A stretch of 64,000 bases of DNA, taken from assembly GCA_964016885.1 (NCBI GenBank), contig OZ024742.1, forward strand, positions 377,890,001 to 377,954,000, read 5' to 3'. Source of the stretch: Eledone cirrhosa. Taxonomy: Eukaryota. Each line of letters begins with the position of its first letter. Positions within the stretch are counted from its first letter, which is position 1. Positions 58,889 through 64,000 of this stretch are shown piece by piece. Position numbers and translations under genes: made by a program. Below the pieces are notes generated by a model that made no database searches, was not told where the DNA came from, and saw only the letters and a list, made by a program, of their open reading frames with translations.

Positions 58889-61800
58889 CTTGTTAAACTA
58901 TCTCTACAGAAGACTAGAACATAATTCTTCTTCTGTCACTTGTTAAACTATCTCTACAGAAGACTAGAACATAATTCTAGTTCTTTCACTTGTTAAACTA
59001 TCTCTACAGAAGACTAGAACATAATTCTACTTCTTTCACTTGTTAATCTATCTCTACAGAAGACTAGAACATAATTCTACTTCTGTCACTTGTTAAACTA
59101 TCTCTACAGAAGACTAGAACTAATTTCTACTTCTGTCAGTTGTTAAACTATCACTAAAGAAGACTTGAACATATTTCTACTTCTGTCACTTGTTAAACTA
59201 TCTCTACAGAAGACTAGAACATAGAACATATTTCTGCTTCTGTCACTTGTTAAAGTATCTCTACAGAAGACTAGAACATATTACTACTTCTGTCACTTGT
59301 TAAACTATCTCTACAGAAGACTAGAACATAATTCTTCTTCTGTCACTTGTTAAACTATCTCTACAGAAGGCTAGAACATAATTCTACTTCTTTCACTTGT
59401 TAAACTATCTCTACAGAAGACTAGAACATAATTCTACTTCTTTCACTTGTTAATCTATCTCTACAGAAGACTAGAACATAATTCTACTTCTGTCACTTGT
59501 TAAACTATCTCTACAGAAGACTAGAACTAATTTCTACTTCTGTCAGTTGTTAAACTATCACTAAAGAAGACTTGAACATATTTCTACTTCTGTCACTTGT
59601 TAAACTATCTCTACAGAAGACTAGAACATAGAACATATTTCTGCTTCTGTCACTTGTTAAAGTATCTCTACAGAAGACTAGAAAATATTTCTACTTCTGT
59701 CACTTGTTAAACTATCTCTACAGAAGATTAGAACATAGAACATATTTCTGCTTCTGTCACTTGTTAAACTATCTCTACAGAAGACTAGAACATAGAACAT
59801 ATTTCTACTTCTGTCACTTGTTAAACTATCTCTACAGAAGACTAAAACATATTTCTACTTCTGTCACTTGTTAAACTATCTCTACAGAAGACTAGAACAT
59901 ATTTCTACTTTTGTCACTTGTTAAACTATCTCTACAGAAGACTAGAACATATTTCTACTTCTGTCACTTGTTAAACTATCTCTACAGAAGACTAGAACGT
60001 AGAACATATTTCTACTTCTGTCACTTGTTAAACTATCTCTACAGAAGACTAAATCATATTTCTACTTCTGTCACTTGTTAAACTATCTCTACAGAAGACA
60101 AAATATAATTCTACTACTTTCACTTGTTAAACTATCTCTACAGAAGACTAGAACAGAATTCTACTTCTTTCACTTGTTAAACTATTTCTACAGAAGACTA
60201 GAATATAATTCTACTTCTGTCACTTGTTAAACTATCTCTACAGAAGACTAGAACATAATTCTACTTCTTTCACTTGTTAAACTATCTCTACAGAAGACTA
60301 GAACATAGAACATATTTCTACTTCTGTCACTTGTTAAACTATCTCTACAGAAGACTAAAACATATTTCTACTTCTGTCACTTGTTAAACTATCTCTACAG
60401 AAGACTAGAACATAATTCTACTACTCTCACTTGTTAAACTATCTCTACAGAAGACTAGAACATAATTCCACTTCTGTAACTTGTTAAACTATCTCTACAG
60501 AATACTAGAACATATTTCTACTTCTGTCACTTGTTAAACTATCTCTACAGAAGACTAGAACGTAGAACATATTTCTACTTCTGTCACTTGTTAAACTATC
60601 TCTACATAAGACTAAATCATATTACTACTTCTGTCACTTGTTAAACTATCTCTACAGAAGACTAGAACATAATTCTACTTCTTTCACTTGTTAAACTATC
60701 TCTACAGAAGACTAGAACATAATTCTACTTCTGTCACTTGTTAAACTATCTCTACAGAAGACTAGAACATAATTCTACTTCTGTCACATGTTAAACAATC
60801 TCTACAGAAGACTAGAACATATTTCTACTTCTGTCACTTGTTAAACTATCTCTACAGAAGACTAGAACATATTTCTACTTCTGTCACTTGTTAAACTATC
60901 TGTACAGAAGACTAGAACATAATTCTACTTCTGTCACTTGTTAAACTATCTCTACAGAAGACTAGAACATAATTCTACTTCTGTCACATGTTAAACTATC
61001 TCTGCAGAAGACTAGAACATATTTCTACTCCTGTCACTCGTTAAACTATCTCTACAGAACACTAGAAAATAATTCTACTTCTTTCACATGTTAAACTATC
61101 TCTACAGAACACTAGAAAATAATTCTACTTCTTTCACATGTTAAACTATCTCTACAGAAGACTAGAACATAATTCTACTTCTGTCACTTGTTAAACTATC
61201 TCTACAGAAGGCTAGAACATAATTCTACTTCTTTCACATGTTAAACTATCTCTACAGAAGACTAGAACATATTTCTACTATTGTCACATGTTACCCTATC
61301 TCTACAGAAGACTAGAACATAATTCTACTTCTGTCACATGTTAAACTATCTCTACAGAAGACTAGAACATATTTCTACTTCTGTCACTTGTTAAACTATC
61401 TCTACAGAAGACTAGAACATATTTCTAAATCAGTCACTTGTTAAACTATCTCTACAGAAGACTAGAACATATTTCTACTTCTGTCACTTGTTAAACTATC
61501 TCTACAGAAGACTAGAACGTAGAACATATTTCTACTTCTGTCACTTGTTAAACTATCTCTACAGAAGACTAAATCATATTTCTACTTCTGTCACTTGTTA
61601 AACTATCTCTACAGAAGACAAAACATAATTCTACTACTTTCACTTGTTAAACTATCTCTACAGAAGACTAGAACAGAATTCTACTTCTTTCACTTGTTAA
61701 ACTATCTCTACAGAAGACTAGAACATAATTCTACTTCTGTCACTTGTTAAACTATCTCTACAGAAGACTAGAACATAATTCTACTTCTTTCACTTGTTAA

Positions 61801-64000
61801 ACTATCTCTACAGAAGACTAGAACATAGAACATATTTCTACTTCTGTCACTTGTTAAACTATCTCTACAGAAGACTAAATCATATTTCTACTTCTGTCAC
61901 TTGTTAAACTATCTCTACAGAAGACAAAACATAATTCTACTACTTTCACTTGTTAAACTATCTCTACAGAAGACTAGAACAGAATTCTACTTCTTTCACT
62001 TGTTAAACTATCTCTACAGAAGACTAGAACATAATTCTACTTCTGTCACTTGTTAAACTATCTCTACAGAAGACTAGAACATAATTCTACTTCTTTCACT
62101 TGTTAAACTATCTCTACAGAAGACTAGAACATAATTCCACTTCTGTCACTTGTTAAACTATCTCTACAGAATACTAGAACTTATTTCTACTTCTGTCACA
62201 TGATAAACTATCTCTACAGAAGACTAGAACATATTTCTACTTCTGTCACTTGTTAAACTATCTCTACAGAAGACTAGAACATATTTCTACTTCTGTCACT
62301 TGTTAAACTATCTCTACAGAAGACTAGAACATAATTCTTCTTCTGTCACTTGTTAAACTATCTCTACAGAAGACTAGAACATAATTCTACTTCTTTCACT
62401 TGTTAAACTATCTCTACAGAAGACTAGAACATAATTCTACTTCTTTCACTTGTTAATCTATCTCTACAGAAGACTAGAACATAATTCTACTTCTGTCACT
62501 TGTTAAACTATCTCTACAGAAGACTAGAACTAATTTCTACTTCTGTCAGTTGTTAAACTATCACTAAAGAAGACTTGAACATATTTCTACTTCTGTCACT
62601 TGTTAAACTATCTCTACAGAAGACTAGAACATAGAACATATTTCTGCTTCTGTCACTTGTTAAAGTATCTCTACAGAAGACTAGAACATATTACTACTTC
62701 TGTCACTTGTTAAACTATCTCTACAGAATACTAGAACATATTTCTACTACTGTCCCTTGTTAAACTCTCTCTACAGAAGACTAGAACATATTTCTACTAC
62801 TGTCCCTTGTTAAACTATCTCTACAGAAGACTAGAACATATTTCTACTTCTGTCACTTGTTAAACTATCTCTACAGAATACTACGACATATTTCTACATC
62901 TGTCACTTGTTAAACTATCTCTACAGAAGACTAGAACATATTTCTTCTTCTGTTACTTGTCACACTATCTCTACAGAAGACTAGAACATAATTCTACTTC
63001 TGTCACTTGTTAACCTATCTCTACAGAAGACTAGAACATGATTCTACTACTCTCACTTGTTAAACTACCTCTACAGAAGACAAGAACATATTTCTACTTC
63101 TGTCACTTGTTAAACTACCTCAACAGAAGGATAGAACACATTTCTACTTCTGTCACTTGTTAAACTATCTCTAAAGAAGACTAGAACATATTTCCACTTC
63201 TGTCACATGTTAAACTATCTCTGCAGAAGACTAGAACATAGTTCTACTCCTGTCACTCGTTAAATTATCTCTACAGAAGACTAGAAAATAATTCTACTTC
63301 TTTCACATGTTAAACTATCTCTACAGAAGACTAGAACATAATTCTACTTCTTTCACATGTTAAACCATCTCTACAGAAGACTAGAACATATTTCTACTAT
63401 TGTCACTTGTTAACTTATCTCTACAGAAGACTAGAACATAATTCTACTTCTGTCACTTGTTAAACTATCTCTACAGAAGACTAGAACATAATTCTACTTC
63501 TGTCACTTGTTAAACTATCTCTACAGAAGACTAGAACATAGAACATATTTCTACTTCTGTCACTTGTTAAACTATCTCTACAGAAGATTAAAACATATTT
63601 CTACTTCTGTCACTTGTTAAACTATCTCTACAGAAGACTAGAACATAATTCTACTTCTTTCACTTGTTAAACTATCTCTACAGAAGACTAGAACTTAATT
63701 CTACTTCTTTCACTTGTTAAACTATCTCTGCAGAAGACTAGAACATAGTTCTACTTCTGTCACTTGTTAAACTATCTCTACAGAAGACTAGAACGTAGAA
63801 CATATTTCTACTTCTGTCACTTGTTAAACTATCTCTACATAAGACTAAATCATATTTCTACTTCTGTCACTTGTTAAACTATCTCTACAGAAGACTAGAA
63901 CATAGAACATATTTCTACTTCTGTCACTTGTTAAACTATCTCTACAGAAGACTAAAACATATTTCTACTTCTGTCACTTGTTAAACTATCTCTACAGAAG
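58889..64000. repeat. Higher-order repeat unit C, copy 2 (5857-bp form, truncated by window end)
   Basis: Matches 50556 onward at +8333 and the second nested copy at +5857 (AATCAG at 55571/61428; GAACTTAATT at 57834/63691). Confidence 0.87.

Larger units (their letters stand above)
1..64000. repeat. 50-bp AT-rich tandem satellite array (consensus ATTTCTACTTCTGTCACTTGTTAAACTATCTCTACAGAAGACTAGAACAT); runs off both window ends
   Basis: The same 50-mer recurs head-to-tail from base 1 to 64000 in one orientation (e.g. 101-150, 151-200, 201-250), usually with 0-4 substitutions per copy. No non-repeat insertion seen. Confidence 0.99.

Noticed and set aside
1-64000. CRISPR array; ACTAGAAC..ATTTCTACT resembles the Cas12a repeat motif AATTTCTACT..GTAGAT
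   Set aside because: There are no unique spacers, the pairing GTAGAT arm is missing, and there is no leader or cas gene. The variable part is only 5 nt and is inherited in duplicated blocks. The short AT-rich similarity is most likely coincidence.
1-64000. Monomer variants as an encoded message, diversity-generating cassette or guide-RNA array
   Set aside because: Variant order is fully explained by point mutation plus in-register tandem duplication. No reverse transcriptase, recombinase, promoter or target sequence lies in the window.
1-64000. Telomeric repeat, rDNA/5S/tRNA array, embedded transposon or strand inversion
   Set aside because: There is no short G-rich telomere unit, structural RNA signature, target-site duplication or foreign sequence, and I saw no reverse-orientation monomer (ATGTTCTAGTCTTCTGTAGAG).

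Overview
The whole 64-kb window is one uninterrupted, head-to-tail, single-orientation tandem satellite array. The monomer is 50 bp, consensus ATTTCTACTTCTGTCACTTGTTAAACTATCTCTACAGAAGACTAGAACAT (16/50 = 32% GC, no CpG), with roughly 1,260-1,280 copies estimated from length; length variants of 48, 49, 51 and 57 bp occur. I see no unique sequence, gene, RNA gene, transposon or CRISPR spacer, and the ORFs in the track are by-products of the repeat. The real structure is higher-order. Diagnostic variant monomers show nested, near-identical tandem duplications with offsets of 707, 1121, 2004/2204, 2118, 2476, 4437/4744, 5290, 5452, 5857, 6811 and 8333 bp. The array splits into regional sub-lineages: domain A (~1-24.3 kb), a singleton-rich junction (~25-28.5 kb), domain B (~27-54 kb) and a mixed domain (~50.5-64 kb). 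The monomer is a quasi-palindrome containing a TAGAA-N5-TTCTA dyad with a highly variable 5-nt spacer. This looks like eukaryotic heterochromatic or (peri)centromeric satellite DNA (inference). The organism and family cannot be named from the sequence alone, and I do not find evidence for a new coding or CRISPR-type system. Duplication boundaries were placed by eye from marker variants and are accurate to about one monomer.
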